This document shows positions 19,377 through 28,458 of a stretch of 64,000 nt of DNA, one piece after another. Numbering within the stretch: the stretch's first letter is position 1; every line of letters starts with the position of its first letter. A program made the translations under genes and the position numbers. The stretch comes from a virus, in IMG/VR virus record IMGVR_UViG_3300027631_002331, positions 1 through 64,000 of that record, one strand, 5' to 3'. The notes under the pieces were generated by a model. It ran no database searches, was not told where the DNA came from, and worked only from the letters and a program-made list of their open reading frames with translations.

Positions 19377-21398
19377 ATGTCAAACAAAAAGATTTCCGAG
19401 TTAGTTAAAGCAACATCATCTAATGCGACTGACGAATTTGTATTAAGTAGGGGAGCAACTAATGTAAGTATACAAGCCCAATACATATCGGCTTTATCAG
19501 CATCATACGCTTTAACAGCATCATATGCCGTATCCTCATCTGTAGAGATTAAACAAGAAATAACTTCATCATACGCTGAAACAGCTTCATACGCTTACTC
19601 AACTGATATATTAAGTGGATCAGCTTCAGATGCTAGAAATGAATTAGTAACTAAAATAAGCGGATCATCGATAGCACCTATAGCTGCTTTAAGTGGATCG
19701 TTAACTACAACTGACCAAGCAATAAGCTCATCAGTAGCTACATTAAGTGGATCAGCTTCAGATGCTAGAAATGAATTAGTAACTAAAATAAGCGGATCAT
19801 CGATAGCATCTATAGCTGCTTTAAGTGCTTCACTAACATTAACTAATCAAGCAATAAGCTCATCAGTAGCTACATTAAGTGGATCAGCAGCAGCAGCTTT
19901 AACAACTTATAGTGCTTCAACAGCTACTTATTTAAGTTCTTCAATTTCAACAGCTACTGTATTAACTTCATCATTTTCAGAAACATCATCATTTTCTAAT
20001 ACATCTTCATACTCACTGACTTCAGTATCAGCATCACATGCTGTAACAGCATCATATGCTATATCATCATCACATGAGATTACTCATGAAATTAGTTCTT
20101 CATATTCACAAACATCCTCTTATGCTGTAACAGCATCATACGCCTTAAATGGTGGTGGTGGTGGTAGTACAAACCCAACTAATAACTTTATCCCACTTAG
20201 AAGTGATGCCACTACATTTATAGATTCACCTATATCAGTTCAAACAGGATCAATTTCATACCAACCATCAGCATTAGTAACTACAGGTACTCTTAGCGTT
20301 CCCCCAAGTTCAACTTTTGCTTTTTCAAACTTAGGGAATGGAGCTTCTTTATATGTTAATGGAGCTGATTTCTTTGGATTTACTATTGGTAATAGGATAA
20401 GAATTACAGACACTGTAGGTACAGCTGAAGCTATAATTTCAGGTTTTAATGAACCCACCGAAGTACCATTTATAGGCCTCACCCCTATACCTGGAGTTGA
20501 TTATAGTGGTGCTCCTACATTATCAAACGCTAATGGAACTATTACTTTTACTGAATTAGAAGAAGTAACCATACCAGGATTAACACACATAACAGGAAGT
20601 ACCTTTGGAGAATCTATTAGTGGTTCATTCACAGGTTCATTTTTAGGAAACTTAGAGGGCTCATCATCATATGCTGTAACAGCATCATACGCCTTAAATG
20701 GTGGAGGGGTAACATACTCTTCAACTTATGTAACCGCAAACATCACAGCTGAGGAAAATAAAGTATATGTATTTGAACAGTCTACTCCATATACATTAAC
20801 ATTACCTCTTTCCCCTTCAGGTGGAGATTCAATTTTCATATCCAATAGATCAACCATCTCAACAAACTCAGTAAATGGGAATGGGGAGAAAATAATGGGA
20901 GATACCCAAAATCTAAATTTAGATATACCAACAGCTTCCTTTAGATTAATGTATACTACTGGAAATCAAGGGTGGGTTGTATTGGGAGCATTAGGCTCAA
21001 ACTCTTCTATAGGAAGTGTTGGATACGATGCATTAGATAATTCATTTAAAACAAGAGCATCTAACGTAACATTATCATCAGGTACAACATCAGCGATTAT
21101 AGATTTTGATTCAAGTTCCATTTTTGAAATAACAACCCCAACTGATACTACTGCTACCACATTAAATTTTGATAATGCAGAAATAGGTATGAGTAAAATG
21201 GTATTGATTGTTAATCAAGGAACCGCGGGAAGTGGTACAATTACTCTTGGACAAACAACAGGTACAGGAACATTTATAAGAGCATCATCCGATGATATCG
21301 TAAGAACTGCATCAATTACAAACTATTTACAAATAACATGTATCGGAGAATCAGGAGATGATAGAACATTTGTTTATACCGTAGGAACAGCTCAATAA
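19377..21398 (+). CDS. Ser/Ala-rich fibre or head-decoration protein
   Basis: MSNKKISEL start; SASYA repeats; 44-aa tandem repeat; TLTLPLSPSGGD..I fibre-type module. Confidence 0.7.
   Translation: MSNKKISELVKATSSNATDEFVLSRGATNVSIQAQYISALSASYALTASYAVSSSVEIKQEITSSYAETASYAYSTDILSGSASDARNELVTKISGSSIAPIAALSGSLTTTDQAISSSVATLSGSASDARNELVTKISGSSIASIAALSASLTLTNQAISSSVATLSGSAAAALTTYSASTATYLSSSISTATVLTSSFSETSSFSNTSSYSLTSVSASHAVTASYAISSSHEITHEISSSYSQTSSYAVTASYALNGGGGGSTNPTNNFIPLRSDATTFIDSPISVQTGSISYQPSALVTTGTLSVPPSSTFAFSNLGNGASLYVNGADFFGFTIGNRIRITDTVGTAEAIISGFNEPTEVPFIGLTPIPGVDYSGAPTLSNANGTITFTELEEVTIPGLTHITGSTFGESISGSFTGSFLGNLEGSSSYAVTASYALNGGGVTYSSTYVTANITAEENKVYVFEQSTPYTLTLPLSPSGGDSIFISNRSTISTNSVNGNGEKIMGDTQNLNLDIPTASFRLMYTTGNQGWVVLGALGSNSSIGSVGYDALDNSFKTRASNVTLSSGTTSAIIDFDSSSIFEITTPTDTTATTLNFDNAEIGMSKMVLIVNQGTAGSGTITLGQTTGTGTFIRASSDDIVRTASITNYLQITCIGESGDDRTFVYTVGTAQ
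19611..19889 (+). repeat. 132-bp (44-aa) tandem repeat, about 2.1 copies
   Basis: TTAAGTGGATCAGC recurs at 19611, 19743 and 19875. Confidence 0.9.
20121..20704 (+). repeat. 35-bp direct repeats flanking an in-frame module
   Basis: TATGCTGTAACAGCATCATACGCCTTAAATGGTGG at 20121 and 20670, 549 bp apart. Confidence 0.85.
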
Positions 21399-21399
21399 T

Positions 21400-22047
21400 A
21401 TGATTTTATTAAGAAATATACACGTAGAACAGAGTCCATCTGGTATATCTATACCAGTAGATTCTGATTTATCTGGCACAATTACCAATGCAACATCTCC
21501 ATCGAGTGTTATTGGTGGTGGAATTGGATATGTTTTTCGCATGAGGGGTAGTTCTACTAATTCAACAGGTGCATGGAGTGGCGCTGGCTCAAACTGGGAA
21601 AGTGGTTTAGTTAATTCATCTACATTTAGTTCTAATTTTGGAACACTTTTTTTACCATCTGTACACGGGACTATTGATAGTGTAAGTTTTGGACAAGCCA
21701 TAGAAAATATTGTAGGAGAAGTTACTTTGGGAGATAGCTTACAATTAGTAGAAATGCCATCACCATTTATTATGGAAATTGCACATGATAACGCAAACCC
21801 ACAATGGTATGTCAAATTTAAAATTCATTCAGTTGGGGCATTTCATCCTAATACCGCAAACGTAAGATTAAACGCTGTTCCAAGTGGTACTGCACAAAGA
21901 ACATTATGGATGGGTGGGTCTAGTGTTAATGATTTTGATATACATAGTTCTGATTTTATAAGTGGAGCTGGTAGTATTGTGTCACCTCTATATGGGGATG
22001 GTAATCAATATGGTGAACCAATAACAGTTAAAATTAAAGCAGTATAA
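21400..22047 (+). CDS. hypothetical Gly/Ser-rich virion-associated protein
   Basis: Starts 1 nt after the fibre gene stop. Confidence 0.6.
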   Translation: MILLRNIHVEQSPSGISIPVDSDLSGTITNATSPSSVIGGGIGYVFRMRGSSTNSTGAWSGAGSNWESGLVNSSTFSSNFGTLFLPSVHGTIDSVSFGQAIENIVGEVTLGDSLQLVEMPSPFIMEIAHDNANPQWYVKFKIHSVGAFHPNTANVRLNAVPSGTAQRTLWMGGSSVNDFDIHSSDFISGAGSIVSPLYGDGNQYGEPITVKIKAV

Positions 22048-22055
22048 TTTTATAG

Positions 22056-22063
22056 TATTTATA
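22056..22063 (+). promoter_or_regulatory. TATTTATA putative late promoter
   Basis: Upstream of 22077. Confidence 0.6.
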
Positions 22064-22076
22064 ATAAAACATACAT

Positions 22077-23240
22077 ATGAATATTCCAATTTGGCCTGGT
22101 TCATCATCATTCGATCCTAAATCAAACCCAACACCTTATGGGTATTATGATGATGATTATGACTTTCAAACATCAGCAGATCAATTTGCTAGATTCGCAG
22201 CTCAAAACTTAGGATATCCCATAGTTGATGTTGAACTTCAAGATATTAACTTTTACAATGCTTTAGAAAGAGCTACAACAGTTTATGGTAACGAAGTATT
22301 TGCATTTAAGATTAGAGATAATCAACTATCAATAGAAGGTGGTGACGCTCAAGTCGATTTATCTAATGCTGTAGTAACTCCATCAATGGCTAGTACTATT
22401 AGAATTGCTCAACAATACGGTGCTGAAGCAGGATCTGGTGGTAATATAACTTACCATACAGGTAGTATAGTAATGGAAGCTAATACACAAGATTATGATT
22501 TAAATACCTGGGCTAAGTCTCAAGGGTTAGATAAAAAAGGTGGTATAGAGGTAAAAAGAGTATTTTACGAAGCACCACCTGCAATAACACAATATTATGA
22601 TCCATATTCAGGTACTGGATTTGGGTTTCAAGCAATGTTTAACTCATTTGGGTTTGCTTCAATGTCACCAGCAACTAACTATTTAATGATGCCTCTATCG
22701 TTTGATTTACAAACAATACAAGCAATTGAAATGAATGAACAAGTTAGAAGATCTAACTATTCATTTGAGTTAATAAATAATAAACTTAGAATATTTCCTA
22801 TACCTACAGCACACTCATTAATACGTTTCGAATATATCATAAAAAATGATAGAATGGCTACAATTGAAGGTGATTTTGGTGATGGCCCAGCTAAAACTAT
22901 TACATCAGTAGCTGATGCCCCATATAAAAATCCTATATTCTCACGTATAAACTCAGTGGGTAGAGAGTGGATTCAAGAATACGCTTTAGCTTTAGTTAAA
23001 CAAGTATTAGGTAATATTAGAGGTAAATATGCAAACCTACCAATACCAGGAGCAGAAATAACCCTAAATGGTTCAGAACTAATATCTCAAGGTACAGCAG
23101 AAAAAGATGAACTAATAGTAAGATTAAGAGATTATTTAGATAGCACATCTAGACAAGCGTTATTAGAAAGAAAAGCAGCAGAAGGACAGTTTGTCAAAGA
23201 TGATTTGTCTCAAGTACCATACACAATTTACGTAGCATAA
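22077..23240 (+). CDS. neck/adaptor protein (gp13-like)
   Basis: LGYPIVDVEL; WIQEYALALVKQVLGNIRGKY..PG..ITLNG. Confidence 0.8.
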   Translation: MNIPIWPGSSSFDPKSNPTPYGYYDDDYDFQTSADQFARFAAQNLGYPIVDVELQDINFYNALERATTVYGNEVFAFKIRDNQLSIEGGDAQVDLSNAVVTPSMASTIRIAQQYGAEAGSGGNITYHTGSIVMEANTQDYDLNTWAKSQGLDKKGGIEVKRVFYEAPPAITQYYDPYSGTGFGFQAMFNSFGFASMSPATNYLMMPLSFDLQTIQAIEMNEQVRRSNYSFELINNKLRIFPIPTAHSLIRFEYIIKNDRMATIEGDFGDGPAKTITSVADAPYKNPIFSRINSVGREWIQEYALALVKQVLGNIRGKYANLPIPGAEITLNGSELISQGTAEKDELIVRLRDYLDSTSRQALLERKAAEGQFVKDDLSQVPYTIYVA

Positions 23241-23241
23241 C

Positions 23242-23757
23242 ATGGCATTATTTGCAGGAAGTAGAGACGTATCCCTAATAAGAAATCTTAATAGGGAGAT
23301 TATGGGTGATATAATCACTCAACAAGCAGCATTCTATAGATACAAGACTGAGGAAACTAAAGTCAACATGTATGGAGAGGCAGCTGGTGAAAAGTTTTTT
23401 GATGGTCCATTCTTATTTAACTGTCTTATTAGTAGACAAGATCAAGAATATCCTGAAAGTGAACTTGGGGTAAACTTTAACCAAGGAATAACATTTGCAT
23501 TTTTTAGAGACGATTTAGTTGATTCTATGTATGTACCTGAAGTTGGTGATATAGTATTATATCAAGAAGGGTATTATGAAATAGATTCATTAACAGCTAA
23601 CCAATATTTTGGAGGTAAAAACCCAGCATATCCTAATAATCAAAATCCTTTAAACCCCGGATTAGAGAAGTTTGGTTCTAGTATATCGATTATAGCATCT
23701 ACTCATTACGTCCCTAGCGATAAGTTAAACATTTCACCTTATAAAGAAAGAATGTAA
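23242..23757 (+). CDS. head closure/neck protein (gp14-like)
   Basis: NMYGEA, PEVGDIV..YYEI; follows gp13-like gene. Confidence 0.65.
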   Translation: MALFAGSRDVSLIRNLNREIMGDIITQQAAFYRYKTEETKVNMYGEAAGEKFFDGPFLFNCLISRQDQEYPESELGVNFNQGITFAFFRDDLVDSMYVPEVGDIVLYQEGYYEIDSLTANQYFGGKNPAYPNNQNPLNPGLEKFGSSISIIASTHYVPSDKLNISPYKERM

Positions 23758-23759
23758 CT

Positions 23760-24761
23760 ATGGGAAACAATAGCAACAAGGGTTTAACACCCTCACAAAT
23801 ATTTGAAAGATCTTATAATGCCGCTCAAGGTAGAACACCTGCTATCCCTAACGTACCTGCATCTAAACGAAATCTAAAACCACGTCCTAAGACACAGGTT
23901 GAGATGTCTAGAGATGATCAAGAACCATATGATTTAACTAAGTTAGGTAATCCAAATCAACCTGCTAATAATAACGAACAACAAACAGGTATTGATTTTA
24001 ATAGATCATCTAAACTATCAGTTAAAAACGATGCCACTAAACCATTTAAAGTTGGTTTACAAGATGTTGATGAAGCAGTATTTTATTACTTTAATAATGT
24101 AATACAACCTTTTGTATATCAGAATGGAGGACGTTTACCTGTACCTGTAATATATGCTTCACCTGAAAGGTGGAAATCAGCTCAAAAAGATGGTTACTAT
24201 AGAGATAAAGGTGGATCTATTATGTTACCACTAATCGTAGCACAACGTAACTCAATAGAAAAAGATAGATCAGTTACCGCTAAGATAGATTCTAATAGTC
24301 CACACCTATATTATAGCCTAAATAAAGGATACAATAGTAAAAACTCATATAATAACTTCGATTTAATCAATAATCGTAAACCAGTTCACCAAACACAAGC
24401 TATTGTAGTTGGTGATTATGTAACTATAGATTATAGTTGTATTATGCAGACGTATTATATGGAACAACTAAATGCATTAGTTGAAGCAATGGAATACGCT
24501 TCAGATTCATATTGGGGTGACCCAGAACGATTTAAGTTTAGATGTTATATTGATTCATTCCAAACTGAAGCCCAACTAACAGATGGTCAAGAACGGTTAG
24601 TTAGAGGTTCATTTAATATTAGATTAAAAGGTCAGTTAATACCTGAAGTATTACAAAAAGACGTTTCAGCTTTAAAAGCATATAACTCAAAAGCTCAAGT
24701 AGTAGTAACACAAGAGACAGTACATGGGTTTGATTGCGACGGAAACGTTATTATATTATAG
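23760..24761 (+). CDS. tail terminator/completion protein (gp15-like)
   Basis: VPVIYASPERW, LPLI, YVTIDY; position before sheath. Confidence 0.6.
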   Translation: MGNNSNKGLTPSQIFERSYNAAQGRTPAIPNVPASKRNLKPRPKTQVEMSRDDQEPYDLTKLGNPNQPANNNEQQTGIDFNRSSKLSVKNDATKPFKVGLQDVDEAVFYYFNNVIQPFVYQNGGRLPVPVIYASPERWKSAQKDGYYRDKGGSIMLPLIVAQRNSIEKDRSVTAKIDSNSPHLYYSLNKGYNSKNSYNNFDLINNRKPVHQTQAIVVGDYVTIDYSCIMQTYYMEQLNALVEAMEYASDSYWGDPERFKFRCYIDSFQTEAQLTDGQERLVRGSFNIRLKGQLIPEVLQKDVSALKAYNSKAQVVVTQETVHGFDCDGNVIIL

Positions 24762-24783
24762 AATAATCACTAAATAAATAAAA

Positions 24784-25035
24784 ATGGAAGATAAGTTATT
24801 AGAAAAAGAAGAGTTACAAACACTAAAAGATTTTAGAATCAAAGAAGAAAACATCATACTATCCTTCGGACAGTTAGCATACCAAAGAGTACAACTAGAT
24901 GAACAAGAAGATGATCTTTTAGATTTTAAGAAAAAGTTTGACAAAGAGCGTTCTGAATTCGCATCAACCCTTACAACAAAGTATGGAGATGGAACAATAA
25001 ATATAGAAACTGGTAAAATAACGCCAACAAAATAA
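24784..25035 (+). CDS. small coiled-coil protein
   Basis: 83 aa, ends KYGDGTINIETGKITPTK. Confidence 0.7.
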   Translation: MEDKLLEKEELQTLKDFRIKEENIILSFGQLAYQRVQLDEQEDDLLDFKKKFDKERSEFASTLTTKYGDGTINIETGKITPTK

Positions 25036-25055
25036 GTTTTTAAGAAAGGTTTTAG

Positions 25056-25063
25056 TATTTATA
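25056..25063 (+). promoter_or_regulatory. TATTTATA putative late promoter
   Basis: Upstream of sheath gene. Confidence 0.6.
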
Positions 25064-25093
25064 ACAAACGAATAATACTAATAAACATATAAA

Positions 25094-26800
25094 ATGGCAG
25101 AAACATTATTATCACCTGGAGTACTTGCAAGAGAAAATGACTCATCTCAAGTATCACAAGGACCAGTAACCGTTGGTGCCGCTATTATTGGACCAGCTGT
25201 TAAAGGACCTGTAGAAATTCCAACTACCGTTACTTCATATTCACAGTATAAGTCAATATTTGGTGGGGCTGTAACAAGTGGCTCAGATAGCTACAATTAT
25301 TTAACGGGTATTTCCGTTTACAACTATTTCCAAAACGGAGGAGAATCAGTATTAGTTACTAGAGTAACTAGTGGTTCTTTCAGTTCTGCTGAATCAACAT
25401 CTGTTATCAACTCTGATACATCTAGTTCTTTCACATTAGAAACTTTATCTGAAGGAGATATTATGAATAACTCAGGTTCTCAATCGAAAGGAGCTTTAGA
25501 GTTAGGTACAAGCGATAACATTCGTTGGGAAGTATCATCTGTTAATGCTCAATCAGGACAGTTTAGTTTATTAGTTCGTAAGGGAAATGACAATAACAGA
25601 GACAAATCAATATTAGAAACTTGGACAAACTTATCTTTAGACCCAAAAGCTGAAAACTATATTGAATCAGTAATAGGAAACTCTAAAAAAGTAGTAATGA
25701 ATGATGGTGGAGATTATTATATTCAAAACCAAGGTACATTCCGTAATAAATCAAGTTTCATCAGAGTTAAAAGTGTATCAACCAAAACACCAGATTACTT
25801 TGATAACAACGGACAAGCAAAATCAGCTTTCACATCATCTTTACCTATAGTAGGTTCAGGTTCGTTTACAGGAGCAACAGGAGCATTCTTTAATACAGCG
25901 AGTGCTGCTAACTTCTACGAAAATGTATCAACAGCCGATATTCAAGGATTAACAGCTGGAGATTATGAAGTAGCAGTTCAGTTAATGGCTAATAAAGATG
26001 AATATAGATACAATTCAATATCTGTACCTGGAGTAACATCACAAAACGGCGCTGCAATCGTTTCATCAGTAGCTAATAACTCAGTAAATAGAGGAGATAA
26101 TATCTCTATCGTAGATTTAGTTAACTTCCAAGCAAACGTAGGTACAGTAACTACTCAAGCAGCCGCTTTCGATTCTAGTTACGCTACTGCATACTGGCCA
26201 TGGTGTCAAACAATCGATCCTGAAACAGGAAAACAAGTTTGGGTACCTGCATCAGTTATGATTCCAGGAGTATATGCTTATACAGACGCATCAGCAGACG
26301 CGTGGTTCGCACCTGCAGGTTTAACCAGAGGAGCTTTAGGATCTGTTATTAGAGCAGAACGTAAACTACCTTCATCTACAAGAGATACACTATATGAAGC
26401 AAATGTAAACCCAATCGCTACTTTCCCAAATAGTGGAGTAGTAGTATTTGGACAGAAAACACTACAAAAACGTGCTTCTGCTTTAGATAGAGTAAACGTT
26501 CGTAGATTATTAATCGCTGTTAAAACATATGTTTCTCAAATAGCAGACACATTAGTATTCGAACAAAACTCAGCATCAACAAGAAATAACTTCTTAACAC
26601 AAGTAAACCCATACTTAGAATCAGTACAACAACGTCAAGGTTTGTATGCGTTTAAGACAGTGATGGATGAGTCAAATAACGGACCAGATGTAGTAGATAG
26701 AAACCAATTAGTAGGTCAAATCTTCTTACAACCAACCAAAACAGCTGAATTCGTATTGTTAGATTTCAATGTTACACCAACTGGAGCTACTTTCGAATAA
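25094..26800 (+). CDS. tail sheath protein
   Basis: LSPGVLAREND, YWPW, WFAPAGLTRG, FGQKTLQ, RVNVRRLL, FEQN, PTKTAEF. Confidence 0.96.
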   Translation: MAETLLSPGVLARENDSSQVSQGPVTVGAAIIGPAVKGPVEIPTTVTSYSQYKSIFGGAVTSGSDSYNYLTGISVYNYFQNGGESVLVTRVTSGSFSSAESTSVINSDTSSSFTLETLSEGDIMNNSGSQSKGALELGTSDNIRWEVSSVNAQSGQFSLLVRKGNDNNRDKSILETWTNLSLDPKAENYIESVIGNSKKVVMNDGGDYYIQNQGTFRNKSSFIRVKSVSTKTPDYFDNNGQAKSAFTSSLPIVGSGSFTGATGAFFNTASAANFYENVSTADIQGLTAGDYEVAVQLMANKDEYRYNSISVPGVTSQNGAAIVSSVANNSVNRGDNISIVDLVNFQANVGTVTTQAAAFDSSYATAYWPWCQTIDPETGKQVWVPASVMIPGVYAYTDASADAWFAPAGLTRGALGSVIRAERKLPSSTRDTLYEANVNPIATFPNSGVVVFGQKTLQKRASALDRVNVRRLLIAVKTYVSQIADTLVFEQNSASTRNNFLTQVNPYLESVQQRQGLYAFKTVMDESNNGPDVVDRNQLVGQIFLQPTKTAEFVLLDFNVTPTGATFE

Positions 26801-26817
26801 AAAACAAAGGGATTAAA

Positions 26818-26825
26818 TATTTATA
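26818..26825 (+). promoter_or_regulatory. TATTTATA putative late promoter
   Basis: Between sheath and tube. Confidence 0.6.
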
Positions 26826-26843
26826 ATAAAATAAAAACACAAA

Positions 26844-27332
26844 ATGGCGATACTCGATACTAACGAAATGTTCTTCACGGCCTTTGAACCGAAACAACAG
26901 AACAGGTACATGATGCTGATTGACGGTTTTCCATCTTACATGATTAAAGGAGTAAGTGCGATCCAAATGAGTCAAGAAGTAATAACTCTTAATCATGTCA
27001 ACACAAGAAGAAACCTTAAAGGAAAAACTGTATGGCAACCAGTAACGTTTACGTTATATGATGCAATCACACCTTCAGGAGCACAATCTATTATGGAATG
27101 GGTTCGTCTACATCACGAAAGTGTAACAGGAAGAGATGGGTACAGTGATTTCTACAAGAAAGATTTAACTTTCAATGTATTAGGACCTGTTGGAGATGTC
27201 GTTTCTGAGTGGATCTTAAAAGGTGCTATGATTTCTAACGCCGACTTTGGTGAGTATGGATTCGATAACGAATCAACAGCTCAACAAATCACTATGACGT
27301 GTGAGATTGATTACGCAGTATTGAACTTCTAA
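26844..27332 (+). CDS. tail tube protein (gp19-like)
   Basis: EPKQQNRY, GKTVWQPVTFTLYD, YKKD, W.LKGA; follows sheath. Confidence 0.9.
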   Translation: MAILDTNEMFFTAFEPKQQNRYMMLIDGFPSYMIKGVSAIQMSQEVITLNHVNTRRNLKGKTVWQPVTFTLYDAITPSGAQSIMEWVRLHHESVTGRDGYSDFYKKDLTFNVLGPVGDVVSEWILKGAMISNADFGEYGFDNESTAQQITMTCEIDYAVLNF

Positions 27333-27353
27333 GAAGAAATACAAATATTTTAT

Positions 27354-27401
27354 AAAAGAGGGTTGGCTTATGTCAACCCCTTTTGTATGTTATTATGTAT
27401 A
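27354..27401 (+). promoter_or_regulatory. terminator-like hairpin with TTGG-N17-TGTATGTT and TATGTATA motifs
   Basis: GGGTTGGC-TTAT-GTCAACCC-CTTTT, a near copy of the 19262 hairpin; TATGTATA at 27394. Confidence 0.6.
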
Positions 27402-27428
27402 ATAAAAACGTTACAACAAATCAAGATT

Positions 27429-28163
27429 ATGGCAGAATTTAATTTCCCAACCGAAACAGTAATGCTACCTTCAAAAGGTCATTTTTATGCTGAGGATTCA
27501 CCTTTAGCAGCTGGAGAAGTTGAAATCAAGTATATGACTGCTCGTGAAGAGGATATACTAACAAATCAAAACTATATTACAAACGGTACAGTTTTAGACA
27601 AACTATTAGAATCGCTTATAGTAGCGCCAAAGTTTACCGTAGATGACTTATTATTAGGCGATAAAAACGCACTACTAATAGCTGCTCGCGTACTTGGGTA
27701 TGGTGCTGAATACCCCGTTAGAATAGCCGGAGTAGACGATATAGTAAATCTATCAGAACTAGATAACATCGATATAGATTTCGATAACCTACCAAAAGGT
27801 AAAAACGAGTTTGAGTTTAGATTACCAAAAGCAGATACAGTTGTTAAGTTTAAACTTTTAACAGGTAAAGACGAAAAACGTATCGAAAAAGATATTGAAG
27901 GGATAAAGAAAATCAGACCTGATTCATCACCCGCTATTTCAACTAGATTAAAAACCATTATAACTGCCGTAGAAGGAGACGGTGCTGCCAAGTCAGTTGG
28001 CGAGTTTGTAGATAACTTTATGTTAGCTATGGATTCACGTGCATTCAGGAAACACTATAAAACGTGTATGCCTGATGTAGACATGACCTTTCGTAGCTCA
28101 GCAGGAATCGATAGGGAAATCCCCATTGGACTCAGCTTTTTTTGGCCTGACTCCGACTTATAG
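27429..28163 (+). CDS. tail assembly chaperone / baseplate hub assembly protein
   Basis: Likely start MAEFNFPTE at 27429; LPSKG..Y, MTAREEDIL; ends FFWPDSDL; between tube and tape measure. Confidence 0.75.
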   Translation: MAEFNFPTETVMLPSKGHFYAEDSPLAAGEVEIKYMTAREEDILTNQNYITNGTVLDKLLESLIVAPKFTVDDLLLGDKNALLIAARVLGYGAEYPVRIAGVDDIVNLSELDNIDIDFDNLPKGKNEFEFRLPKADTVVKFKLLTGKDEKRIEKDIEGIKKIRPDSSPAISTRLKTIITAVEGDGAAKSVGEFVDNFMLAMDSRAFRKHYKTCMPDVDMTFRSSAGIDREIPIGLSFFWPDSDL

Positions 28164-28431
28164 AGCTGGTTTATTTAGACAAATCCACGAAATAATATTT
28201 CACGGTAACGGAGGCTATAACTATAGTACTTTATACAATATGCCTGTTTGGCTACGTAATACGACTTTTAAGTTAATAAACGAGTATTACGAAAAGCAAA
28301 ATGATGCTAACGAACAAGCATCTAAGGCTAATAATACTACAAATCAAACGTTAGTAGGCGAGGATGGTAAAGTAAACGTTCAGGACTTTAAGGCAGCTTC
28401 TCAACAATATACTAAAACAAGTTATAAGTAG
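28126..28431 (+). CDS. probable frameshift extension of tail chaperone
   Basis: No ATG near its 5' end; overlaps the upstream ORF across a T7 run at 28137-28143; YNMPVWLR motif. Confidence 0.65.
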   Translation: MDSAFFGLTPTYRAGLFRQIHEIIFHGNGGYNYSTLYNMPVWLRNTTFKLINEYYEKQNDANEQASKANNTTNQTLVGEDGKVNVQDFKAASQQYTKTSYK

Positions 28432-28434
28432 TAA

Positions 28435-28442
28435 TATTTATA
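28435..28442 (+). promoter_or_regulatory. TATTTATA putative late promoter
   Basis: Upstream of tape measure gene. Confidence 0.6.
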
Positions 28443-28458
28443 ATAAAACACCCTTACT

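Noticed and set aside
19377-21398. Diversity-generating retroelement acting on the fibre gene
   Set aside because: No reverse transcriptase in the window, and the repeat differences are not adenine-specific.
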